This document shows positions 18,882-27,137 of a DNA stretch of 64,000 nucleotides, piece after piece. The DNA is taken from contig JAFXPH010000002.1 in assembly GCA_017528085.1 (NCBI GenBank), positions 145,071-209,070 on the forward strand. The letters run 5' to 3'. A model generated the notes under the pieces. The model had not been told where the DNA came from. It did not search any database and was given only the letters and a program-made list of their open reading frames with translations. A program made the translations under genes and the position numbers. The stretch is from Clostridia bacterium (lineage in GTDB: Bacteria; Bacillota; Clostridia; TANB77; CAG-508). Position 1 is the stretch's first letter. Each line of letters starts with the position of its first letter.

Positions 18882-20039
18882 TTAAGGTGAACATTTTTTG
18901 CAAGGTTGATATCCTCGACTTATCAAAGAATCTCGCGAACTATTTGAATACTCTTTATTCTTTTCTTTCATACTATTTACAGATGAACACCATGAATAAT
19001 GAAATTTTTTTGTGTTTTTATTTAAAACATATGTAGCTTCATTATTAGTACTTGTAGTTTGTTCTTTTGTAGCACTAGTAGTAGGTGTTGTAGTTGTTTG
19101 TTCAGAGATTGATTTGCTACTTGATGTTTCACTGCTATTTTTTGAATTATCCATAGCAATTGATGATGCAATTGCTGTAGACTGAGTTAATTCATTTGTA
19201 GAAGTTTCTTCTACTCTTTTACTCTCTCCTGTTTTATAATCTATTTCTATTCCAGGTTGTACATTATAGCAAAAAACATTAAATTGAATGCCTTTACCAT
19301 TGTCTTCAACAGATTTAGCTTCTATTAAAACGCCTTTTGCCAACATATCATCGTCATTAAACATTGGAGTTACTCTATATAAAACATGATTTTTAGTGTT
19401 ATTAACATAGTCAGATACTCGATTTTCAAATCTTAGCATTCCTTCTGTATTCATGAATCTTGTGCCCGTCATTAAGTTCTTTTCATTCGCATTTTCGCCA
19501 GTTAATGATTGAGCTATCAAATGACATCTGTTATATAAATTACTTCCATCTATACCATTATACTTTGTATCTTTCCATCCTGTTGGTTTTATATAACTAA
19601 TGTTTTCTCTTGGCTTATCATCCATTCCTACTCCAATACAAGCAGTAGCTATACCAACTCTTCCCAATTTGTCCAATTCACTATAGTACTCATAAGAATT
19701 TGTAGTTAATTCACTATCATCAAAAAATGGTATATTTCCATTAATTTCAACATACGGAGTACTTTCAAATTCTGGTATATCTAGTAATGTGATTTTATTA
19801 GTTGTATCTACTAAATTCCTTTTCTCTTCATCTTTTGCTTTTTCATTTATTATATTATTATTAACTTCTTCATTATTTATTTTATCTATTTCAATTTGTT
19901 TGTTTTCAGCAACAATAACATTTTGATTTACTTCATTTGAAGATATATTATTACCAACTCCAGCTATTCCTACAATAACTACTAAAGTTAGTATTCCTAT
20001 CATAAATCCTATAAACCCTGATATTATTTTACTTCCCAT
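18882..20039 (-). CDS. membrane-anchored secreted DNA/RNA non-specific endonuclease (EndA/Endonuclease_NS_2-like), paralogue 1
   Basis: N-terminal signal anchor, then a nuclease core containing YNRCHLIAQSLTGENANEKNLMTGTRFMN. C-terminal KKFHYSWC...GYQPCKKCSP is an H/C3 cluster. The core is ~55% identical to 26188..27099. Confidence 0.6.
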   Translation of the reverse strand: MGSKIISGFIGFMIGILTLVVIVGIAGVGNNISSNEVNQNVIVAENKQIEIDKINNEEVNNNIINEKAKDEEKRNLVDTTNKITLLDIPEFESTPYVEINGNIPFFDDSELTTNSYEYYSELDKLGRVGIATACIGVGMDDKPRENISYIKPTGWKDTKYNGIDGSNLYNRCHLIAQSLTGENANEKNLMTGTRFMNTEGMLRFENRVSDYVNNTKNHVLYRVTPMFNDDDMLAKGVLIEAKSVEDNGKGIQFNVFCYNVQPGIEIDYKTGESKRVEETSTNELTQSTAIASSIAMDNSKNSSETSSSKSISEQTTTTPTTSATKEQTTSTNNEATYVLNKNTKKFHYSWCSSVNSMKEKNKEYSNSSRDSLISRGYQPCKKCSP

Positions 20040-20113
20040 ATTATTTTCCCCCATATAACAATTTCTTATTTCAATAATAACTTGCTTATTATTCCAAATT
20101 AATTAAATCTATA

Positions 20114-21499
20114 TTATTCAATCCACTTTTTAAAGATTTCTATATTATCTCCTTTTCTTATATACTCAAACAATATATCTAAAATACCCTTGTATATTTT
20201 ACATCTATATTCATTGGGATTTTGTGCAAATAAATTATTGTCCTGTGCATAAGTGATTACCGGACAAGTCCCACAATATGGAGAATAAACGCAACTATTA
20301 CAAGTTGGTATGCATTCTAAACATGATGCAACAGCCAAAGATTTTGTTACATCACTATTCATCAAATCTTCGTATGAATCTTTGAATACATTTCCCAATT
20401 TAAAACTATTATCTCCCATTTCAGAAAGCATTCTAGCTTCATCGCAAGAATATATATTACCATCATAATAGTATGCTAATTGTCCAATTGCACCTCCACA
20501 TGGAGACCTTAATTCCATATAGTTTACTGGTTGGTTCATTAATATTTTTTTCAAAAAAATTGATGCAAGGCTTTCACTTAAGAAATAACCTTCTTTATTT
20601 TTTTCTATAATATATTTTAACGATTTGTCATAAAAACTCAAAAATTCATCTGCTTCATAGCCGATTTTTTCCCAATTTGAATCTGCTTTTCCTAATTGAG
20701 TTAATGGCCTTAGTGAAATACTATCTAGTCCTAATTTTACATACTCATCTATTATTTCTCTATAGTGATTAAAGCTATATTTTGATGTAGTTTCAATAGC
20801 ATTTACTTTGGTATTCATTTTTTGAATATCCTTTATCCTTTTTACTGTACATTCATAAGAATCATTCTTAGGAAAAGGTCTATTAGTATTGTGTAATTTT
20901 TTATTCCCATCAATAGAAGTACATATATTAACATTATGATTTATTAAAAATTCTAACATTTCTTCTGACATTAATGTTAAATTACTTACTAAACTAAACT
21001 CTATTATTTTATCGCTATTAATAGATTCAGTATATTCAACTATATATTTTATTACATCAAAATTAGTTAATGGTTCTCCTCCTTGAAATTCAAATGTCAT
21101 TATTTCAGATGGAGATTGCATAGCTATATCTACTGCTTTTTTTGCAATTTCTTTAGTCATCTTATAATCATTCTTTTCATCTAGATTACCAGCCTGACAA
21201 TATATACATTTAAAATTACAATTTTTACTCACCACAAAAATATGCAAAGATGTAGGTATGAATAAATATTCTTTCATCTTTCGTACTTCTTTTGAATAAC
21301 TATTTGAAAAAATTTCATCACTACAATTATAAATAAAGCCTTTTTCTATGAGTTCATCTTCAATATCCTTTTTTAATTCTGATTTTTTTAAAAGATTATT
21401 AAAAGTTTTTTCATCTATAAATGCATATTTTCCAGCATCAGTTGTTATTAAATATCCATTATCTATTTGTTTAAAATTAAAATAATTCAATTTATACAT
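20114..21499 (-). CDS. hxsB: His-Xaa-Ser system radical SAM maturase with C-terminal SPASM domain (HxsB-like)
   Basis: CNFKCIYC is the Cx3Cx2C radical-SAM motif. C-terminal Cys-rich SPASM region CGGAIG...CDEARML...CLECIPTCNSCVYSPYCGTCP. Located in the Hxs locus. Confidence 0.65.
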   Translation of the reverse strand: MYKLNYFNFKQIDNGYLITTDAGKYAFIDEKTFNNLLKKSELKKDIEDELIEKGFIYNCSDEIFSNSYSKEVRKMKEYLFIPTSLHIFVVSKNCNFKCIYCQAGNLDEKNDYKMTKEIAKKAVDIAMQSPSEIMTFEFQGGEPLTNFDVIKYIVEYTESINSDKIIEFSLVSNLTLMSEEMLEFLINHNVNICTSIDGNKKLHNTNRPFPKNDSYECTVKRIKDIQKMNTKVNAIETTSKYSFNHYREIIDEYVKLGLDSISLRPLTQLGKADSNWEKIGYEADEFLSFYDKSLKYIIEKNKEGYFLSESLASIFLKKILMNQPVNYMELRSPCGGAIGQLAYYYDGNIYSCDEARMLSEMGDNSFKLGNVFKDSYEDLMNSDVTKSLAVASCLECIPTCNSCVYSPYCGTCPVITYAQDNNLFAQNPNEYRCKIYKGILDILFEYIRKGDNIEIFKKWIE

Positions 21500-21512
21500 A
21501 TACTTTCAACTC

Positions 21513-22661
21513 CTATTTTACAGGCTTTATCCTTGCTTCTTTTAAATTAATTGTTGAGTTAAATAATCCCCCACATTCCTTCTTTAGTGTGCAACCACTG
21601 CATTCTTCTCTATATCTTACTTTATAATCAGATATGCTCTTTACAGCAAAAGCATATACTCTTTCATCTAAAGCACATAACGGAAAATTATATAAATTAA
21701 CTATAATCCCATGTTTTATTAGTTCCAAACAAGCTTTATAAACAGGTTCCTTTATATCTTCATAATCTACCCATATCTGATTTTTATTTATAATTGCATT
21801 ACCACACATTTCTAAAGACATAATATTAACCATTGTTATAGTAGGTATTTCATTGCATATAAATCTTGCTATTTTATCTAAAATTTTATAATTTAATTTT
21901 TGAACCACAATTCTTATTTCAACATCTATTCCTCTATTTAACAGTTTCTTTATACCACAAACAGCTTGTTTAAAGCTATTATCTGCACGTGTGATACTAT
22001 CGTGCAATTCAGGTTCATCAGCGTATAATGGGATGCCTACTCTAGTATATTTTGGTACAACAGATTTAAATTTATCTACAAATTCTGTATTAGAGAAAAT
22101 TCTTCCATTACTTAATAATAAAAACTCTGTATTGGGAAGATATTTCTTACATTCAGCAAATATTTTTATCAGATCATCTTTCAATAATCCTGGTTCTCCA
22201 CCAGTAATAGTAATGTGACTGGTATCATTTGGTATAGCTCTAATATGATCTAAGATTACATTTATACTTGGTATATCTTTTGTATTTCTTACAGAATCTG
22301 CATCTGGACACATAATACAATTCGAATTACATTGATTAGTAACTAAAATATAATTATCATTTGAATCATCTCTATACAAAACTCTTATATTTAAATCTTT
22401 AATTATTTCTATAACATCATAATTACTTAAACTATCAATATCTTTAACACCCAAACAATAATTATCTAAATTGCTATTACAAGAATCACATTCTAAAACA
22501 TAGGCTTTATATCCTATTTCTGGTTTGTCCATATTATCTTTGCTTAATACCTGTATGTAATCCTTTTTATTCTCAGCATTATCATTTTTTATAACTTTTC
22601 CTATTATATATTCTTCTCGTATCTTTATTGTTCCAGTTAATATATTCATTCTTTTTTCCAT
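21513..22661 (-). CDS. hxsC: His-Xaa-Ser system radical SAM protein (HxsC-like)
   Basis: LVTNQCNSNCIMCPD is the Cx3Cx2C motif. There is no SPASM tail. ATG at 22661 has AGAGGAG upstream; the track start at 22682 overlaps the upstream gene. Confidence 0.6.
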   Translation of the reverse strand: MEKRMNILTGTIKIREEYIIGKVIKNDNAENKKDYIQVLSKDNMDKPEIGYKAYVLECDSCNSNLDNYCLGVKDIDSLSNYDVIEIIKDLNIRVLYRDDSNDNYILVTNQCNSNCIMCPDADSVRNTKDIPSINVILDHIRAIPNDTSHITITGGEPGLLKDDLIKIFAECKKYLPNTEFLLLSNGRIFSNTEFVDKFKSVVPKYTRVGIPLYADEPELHDSITRADNSFKQAVCGIKKLLNRGIDVEIRIVVQKLNYKILDKIARFICNEIPTITMVNIMSLEMCGNAIINKNQIWVDYEDIKEPVYKACLELIKHGIIVNLYNFPLCALDERVYAFAVKSISDYKVRYREECSGCTLKKECGGLFNSTINLKEARIKPVK

Positions 22662-22671
22662 AATTTCTCCT

Positions 22672-23709
22672 CTATAATACAACTTTTAAAACAAAGAATA
22701 AAATTTCTCCTAAAAGAATAAAAGGTGCAAAAGGCATATGCCTTACAATAGTTATCTTATCAGTTCCTTTTGGAGTTTGACTCCATCTTTTTATACTTTC
22801 TACTTCTTCATTAGTCAATCTACAATCCGTTGATTCATCTGAGAATTTTGGCAATCCTTTAACCTTAGAGTTATAAAATGGTATAACACTATCAAAAGAT
22901 AAAATCATTCTCTCTTTTAAATCCTTAACTGAGATTGTTTTATAATTATATTTTTCTGATATTTTTCTAAAAATCATTATTAATACTATTATTACTAATA
23001 GAGAAACATCTATTGTATAAGCTTTTATTCCATATAAAATTACATACCCAATATTAATAGCAAGCAATGTGATTAAAGATATAATTTTAACTTTATTCTT
23101 TCTATTAATTTGATAAAAGAACAAAAGCATTACTACATTTATAATATAAACCAATTCATTGTTATACATAACATAAGTAGTAAAAAATGTATTAATAATG
23201 TTATAAAACAAGATAGATAGTAAATAGCCATTTGTAAAATCAACTATATAGTCAATAAAAATCTCTTTAGTAAATTTACTGCTTTTTATATTGTTTAATT
23301 TTTCTTTATCAATCAAGAATAATACTATTGTTTCAATAAAGACATAAATAAAAGCAATAGAAAACACATAAATCAACAAATACATACTTGCAAAATAGTT
23401 GTTATTACTAACTTCATACAATTCATATGGAATAATAAAAGTTAAAGCAATAAATAGTTTTGCATCTCCTGCTCCCCATATTTTAAAATAAAAAAAAGCA
23501 AACGATACTATACATGATATAAAAAAATTTACTAAATGACTTTTTACATATGTTTCATCAATTTGCTGAAAAAAAACAAGATACATAAGAGCACTTAATG
23601 ATACTGCTACAATAATAGATTTATTATATATTTTTTGATTTTTAAAGTCAGAAATAGCTGATACAATTCCTATTAATAATGCAATAACAATTTGAGTATA
23701 AACTAGCAT
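22672..23709 (-). CDS. polytopic membrane protein, A24 prepilin-peptidase-like (putative leader peptidase of the Hxs locus)
   Basis: About 8 predicted TM helices. WGAGDAKLFIALTFIIPYELY resembles the prepilin peptidase (A24) GxGDxKL catalytic Asp region. Confidence 0.45.
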   Translation of the reverse strand: MLVYTQIVIALLIGIVSAISDFKNQKIYNKSIIVAVSLSALMYLVFFQQIDETYVKSHLVNFFISCIVSFAFFYFKIWGAGDAKLFIALTFIIPYELYEVSNNNYFASMYLLIYVFSIAFIYVFIETIVLFLIDKEKLNNIKSSKFTKEIFIDYIVDFTNGYLLSILFYNIINTFFTTYVMYNNELVYIINVVMLLFFYQINRKNKVKIISLITLLAINIGYVILYGIKAYTIDVSLLVIIVLIMIFRKISEKYNYKTISVKDLKERMILSFDSVIPFYNSKVKGLPKFSDESTDCRLTNEEVESIKRWSQTPKGTDKITIVRHMPFAPFILLGEILFFVLKVVL

Positions 23710-23711
23710 TT

Positions 23712-24140
23712 TTAATCCTCTTTCCTTCTATTAAACCAATTAATTGCAATATCATTTATATCATAATCTTCATCTTCTTCATAATACTCCTTTTTAGTAT
23801 CATTTATTATTTCATTTGAATTATCAGATTTTATACAAGAACTATACAATGCTCGTCCCAATATAAGTTCTCTAATGTCTTTAGTTTCTACAGAAATCTC
23901 ATATCTCAAAGATTCTCTATTACAATCATTTAGTAAATCTTTAATAGTATTATCATCTATTAACTCATCTTCTTTTTTAGTTTCTATTAATAATTCAATT
24001 CTATTTCTTTTCTCTTTAATAGTAATATAAAAATCATTTAAATAATTAAAAATAGCTTTTTTTACAGAAGATAAAGGATAAACATTTTTATTAATCTTTA
24101 TGACTGCTTTATTATCATTAATCTTATAACTTGTATTCAT
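23712..24140 (-). CDS. hxsD: His-Xaa-Ser system protein HxsD
   Basis: Contains LLNDCNRESLRYE, matching the family-defining LLNDYxLRE motif. 142 aa, located directly downstream of hxsA. Confidence 0.6.
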   Translation of the reverse strand: MNTSYKINDNKAVIKINKNVYPLSSVKKAIFNYLNDFYITIKEKRNRIELLIETKKEDELIDDNTIKDLLNDCNRESLRYEISVETKDIRELILGRALYSSCIKSDNSNEIINDTKKEYYEEDEDYDINDIAINWFNRRKED

Positions 24141-24152
24141 AATACTATTCCT

Positions 24153-24554
24153 TTACATTATTTTAGGCATACTTCCAGATTTCTGTGGTGTTTGAAAAGT
24201 TGGTAATGATGAGTGAACATTATTGTGTGTAGTAGTTGCTGGGCTACTTGAATGTGTACTTGCCGCACTACTTGAATGATTAGAGTGTGTACTTGTTGAA
24301 CTGCTTGTATGACTTTGGTGACTAGTATGACTATAATGTCCTCCACTTCCTGATCTATGTGAACTATGTGATCTATGTGAGCTATGTGACCTATGAGCAG
24401 CAAATACGTAATTTGAAAAAATAATTCCTGCAACCAACATTAGTGATCCAACTGTTAATATTTTTCCTCTACTGATATTACCTTCTTCTTCATATAAAAA
24501 ATCAATTAATTTTCTATTGTTTTTTCTACCATCTATATCATTATTTGTATCCAT
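24153..24554 (-). CDS. hxsA: His-Xaa-Ser repeat precursor protein HxsA (single TM anchor plus HRS/HSS repeats)
   Basis: AAHRSHSSHRSHSSHRSGSGGHYSHTSHQSHTSSSTSTHSNHSS, preceded by the TM helix ILTVGSLMLVAGIIFSNYVFAA. RBS GGGGAG upstream. Confidence 0.65.
   Translation of the reverse strand: MDTNNDIDGRKNNRKLIDFLYEEEGNISRGKILTVGSLMLVAGIIFSNYVFAAHRSHSSHRSHSSHRSGSGGHYSHTSHQSHTSSSTSTHSNHSSSAASTHSSSPATTTHNNVHSSLPTFQTPQKSGSMPKIM
24300..24420. repeat. in-frame 9-bp tandem repeats (nCTATGTGA units) encoding the HxS repeats of hxsA
   Basis: tgatctatgtgaactatgtgatctatgtgagctatgtgacctatgag: four to five head-to-tail 9-nt units. Confidence 0.6.
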
Positions 24555-24557
24555 CTT

Positions 24558-25253
24558 TTAATACTCCCCTTTATAACTGTTCTCTGACCATGTACCTGTA
24601 TAAGACTTTCCTGTATCTTTAAATGTATATGTTCCTTCGCCATTATATTTGTCTTTAGCAAACTCTCCCTCATATTTGTCTCCATTTGCAAATATATATG
24701 TTCCATGGCCTGACATATAATCATTGCTCCATTCGCCATTATACACATCACCATTAGAAAAGTTCATTGTTCCATGGCCTTCTCTTTTTCCTTCAGAGAA
24801 TTCACCTTTATAAACACCAATTGTAGAAGCAGTTAAAGTTCCTGAACCAGACGCTTCACCATTCACAAAACTTCCTTCATAAATGTATCCATTACTAAAT
24901 TCATACTTACCAGAAGTATCCTGTTTAACGCCATTTATAATGTCACCCGTATATGTTCCATTCTTCAACTTTACAGTAACATCTCTTTGAATATTACTTT
25001 GAGGTTCTGATATTTTTTCTTCTTTTTTGTCATTTTCTATGGTTTCTACATCTTTTTCTATTTCTTTAGTATCTTCGTCATTATTAATATCTGTAGTTTC
25101 TTTATACTCTTGAACTATACTAGTATTTTTAGTAGTATTACTAGATGTATTATTATTTGCCACTTCAGCTGCTCCACCTAAAGCTGCTAAAGTCATTATG
25201 CCAACTGTTGCTCCTATTATGCCTGCCTTACTTTTATTATTGTTTTCTCCCAT
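24558..25253 (-). CDS. membrane-anchored MORN-repeat protein
   Basis: C-terminal half is made of YxGxxxxGxxxGxG MORN units (YEGSFVNGEASGSG, YKGEFSEGKREGHG, YNGEWSNDYMSGHG, YEGEFAKDKYNGEG). ATG at 25253 (MGENNNKSK) with GAGGA upstream; the track start at 25265 is GTG. Confidence 0.65.
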   Translation of the reverse strand: MGENNNKSKAGIIGATVGIMTLAALGGAAEVANNNTSSNTTKNTSIVQEYKETTDINNDEDTKEIEKDVETIENDKKEEKISEPQSNIQRDVTVKLKNGTYTGDIINGVKQDTSGKYEFSNGYIYEGSFVNGEASGSGTLTASTIGVYKGEFSEGKREGHGTMNFSNGDVYNGEWSNDYMSGHGTYIFANGDKYEGEFAKDKYNGEGTYTFKDTGKSYTGTWSENSYKGEY

Positions 25254-25510
25254 AATTGTCCTCACAAATTTTATTAGATTTACTTAATCTTTACTATTAC
25301 TTATATCATAAAATATAATTGTTCTCAATTATTATAAAAAAACTATTTTAATAGTTTACAATATACACATGAACTATATGCTTTAGCTATTAACCCATTT
25401 CTTAGGCTATAATATTCTTCTTTATTTTTATAACTTATATCAAAAAAATAGTATATTACTAAATAAAATTCATTTAATGCTTTTTATATTTATTTTCCTT
25501 AATAGCATTT

Positions 25511-25990
25511 TTAATATTTAATCTTTTTATAAGTAATACCTAAAAGATTTATAGTTCCATCATAATTTCTATACAAAATATCATCTATTTTTGTTGTTGA
25601 AATCTCGCTAGGCATTCTTATCATAGAATGATAAGGGTCAAAATCTCCATAATAATGACATAATATCTTCATATATAACTCTTTTTGATCATTGTAATAA
25701 AATTTTATTCCAACGTATTGATATGTACTATTTTGTGGAGACACAGGACTATATATACCAGCCCACGATTGTAATATATCATAATTATCTACGCTTTCTG
25801 AATGTATAGGTAATGGATTTTCAAGTGTTTTGATAAAATTATCCAGAGCAATATCATCTGTTTTGTTAGCATCTTCTATCGAAGTATTTGATATATCTGT
25901 TAGTATTCCGGATTCATAAATATTTAGTACACCAAAAATAATAAGAATACCAATAATTATAACAATGATATTCTTTTTGTATTTTCCCAT
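25511..25990 (-). CDS. membrane-anchored hypothetical protein
   Basis: MGKYKKNIIVIIIGILIIFGVLNIY signal anchor. No domain recognised. Confidence 0.45.
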   Translation of the reverse strand: MGKYKKNIIVIIIGILIIFGVLNIYESGILTDISNTSIEDANKTDDIALDNFIKTLENPLPIHSESVDNYDILQSWAGIYSPVSPQNSTYQYVGIKFYYNDQKELYMKILCHYYGDFDPYHSMIRMPSEISTTKIDDILYRNYDGTINLLGITYKKIKY

Positions 25991-26143
25991 AATACCTCCC
26001 TATCAATATAGTTTATAGTTAAGATCCTATATTTGTTACCTGTAATATTTATTTACTATCAAGTTTTAAAAGTTGTAATTTTTTACATTCATTTATATTA
26101 TATCTCATTTATAATTTATTATGAACATTTTTATTTATAATTA

Positions 26144-26172
26144 AAAAGACATTTCAAAATGAAATGTCTTCT
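26144..26172 (-). terminator. rho-independent terminator after nuclease paralogue 2
   Basis: Perfect 11-bp stem AAGACATTTCA/TGAAATGTCTT followed by TTTTTAATTAT on the minus strand. Confidence 0.6.
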
Positions 26173-26187
26173 TTTATGTCTTAAAAT

Positions 26188-27099
26188 TTATGGTTTACAG
26201 TATCCACAAGGCGTGTATCCTTGTTCTATTACTTCTGCTCTAGTTCCATAAAATTCTTTTTTATTCTTCTCTTTTATTTCTACAATATTTGGACAACTCA
26301 TTTTATGAAACTTCATACTACTTGTGTTTAATATGTATTTTGAGTTTACTACGTCTTGTTCTAAGCTATGATTAGCACCAGTTGCATAATCTATTTCTAT
26401 ACTTGGTTGAACATTATAACAATATATGCAAAACTTAATTCCTTCTCCTTTATCTTCTACTGAATATGCTTCCATAAGTACACCATCTGCAATTAGATTA
26501 TCTCCTGTAAATATTGGCGTTACTCTATACATAACATGATTGTTAGTTTTATAAATATAGTTTGCAACTTTACTTTCAAATGGTTCCATACCATCTGTAT
26601 TCATATATCTAGTACCAGTAATAAGATTTTCTTTATTTGCATTTTCTCCAGCTAGTGAAAATGCAATTAAGTGACATCTATTATAAAGAAGTTCTCCTTC
26701 TATCCAATCATACTTTGATACTTGCCAACCAGTAGGTTTTACTTCGCTTATTTGTTCTCTAGGTTCAGTAGGCATTAAATCTTTTCCAAGACAAGCTGTA
26801 GCTTTAGTGCATCTACCAAGTTGATCTAATGAATCATATTGTTCAAATGATTTTACTACTATTTCTTCCTCAGTAAAGTATGGTTCATTACCATTAATCT
26901 CTACATATGGACTATTACTAAATTCAGGTATATCAGTTAATGAATACTTTTCAACAGTTTCAATAGATTCATTTTCAATTTCATTACTTATTTGATTTTC
27001 AATTAATTGGTTATTATCTTCTATCGGTACATTTGAAAAAAATAGTATAAGTACCACAGATAGCAAAACACTATATACAATATATTTAACAGCTTTCAT
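26188..27099 (-). CDS. secreted DNA/RNA non-specific endonuclease (EndA/Endonuclease_NS_2-like), paralogue 2
   Basis: Signal peptide MKAVKYIVYSVLLSVVLILFF. Core YNRCHLIAFSLAGENANKENLITGTRYMN. C-terminal MKFHKMSC...GYTPCGYCKP motif, as in 18882..20039. Confidence 0.6.
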   Translation of the reverse strand: MKAVKYIVYSVLLSVVLILFFSNVPIEDNNQLIENQISNEIENESIETVEKYSLTDIPEFSNSPYVEINGNEPYFTEEEIVVKSFEQYDSLDQLGRCTKATACLGKDLMPTEPREQISEVKPTGWQVSKYDWIEGELLYNRCHLIAFSLAGENANKENLITGTRYMNTDGMEPFESKVANYIYKTNNHVMYRVTPIFTGDNLIADGVLMEAYSVEDKGEGIKFCIYCYNVQPSIEIDYATGANHSLEQDVVNSKYILNTSSMKFHKMSCPNIVEIKEKNKKEFYGTRAEVIEQGYTPCGYCKP

Positions 27100-27137
27100 G
27101 CCTATTCTCCTTTTTTGTATTATCTATTGTAAAAAAA

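Noticed and set aside
24158-24433. 91-aa ORF (HIAHIDHIVHID...) overlapping hxsA in another frame, plus the 73-aa ORF 24533..24754
   Set aside because: These are frame-shadow ORFs generated by the same 9-bp repeat DNA. hxsA has the RBS and the family-typical HxS repeats; the shadows have no RBS and overlap real genes.
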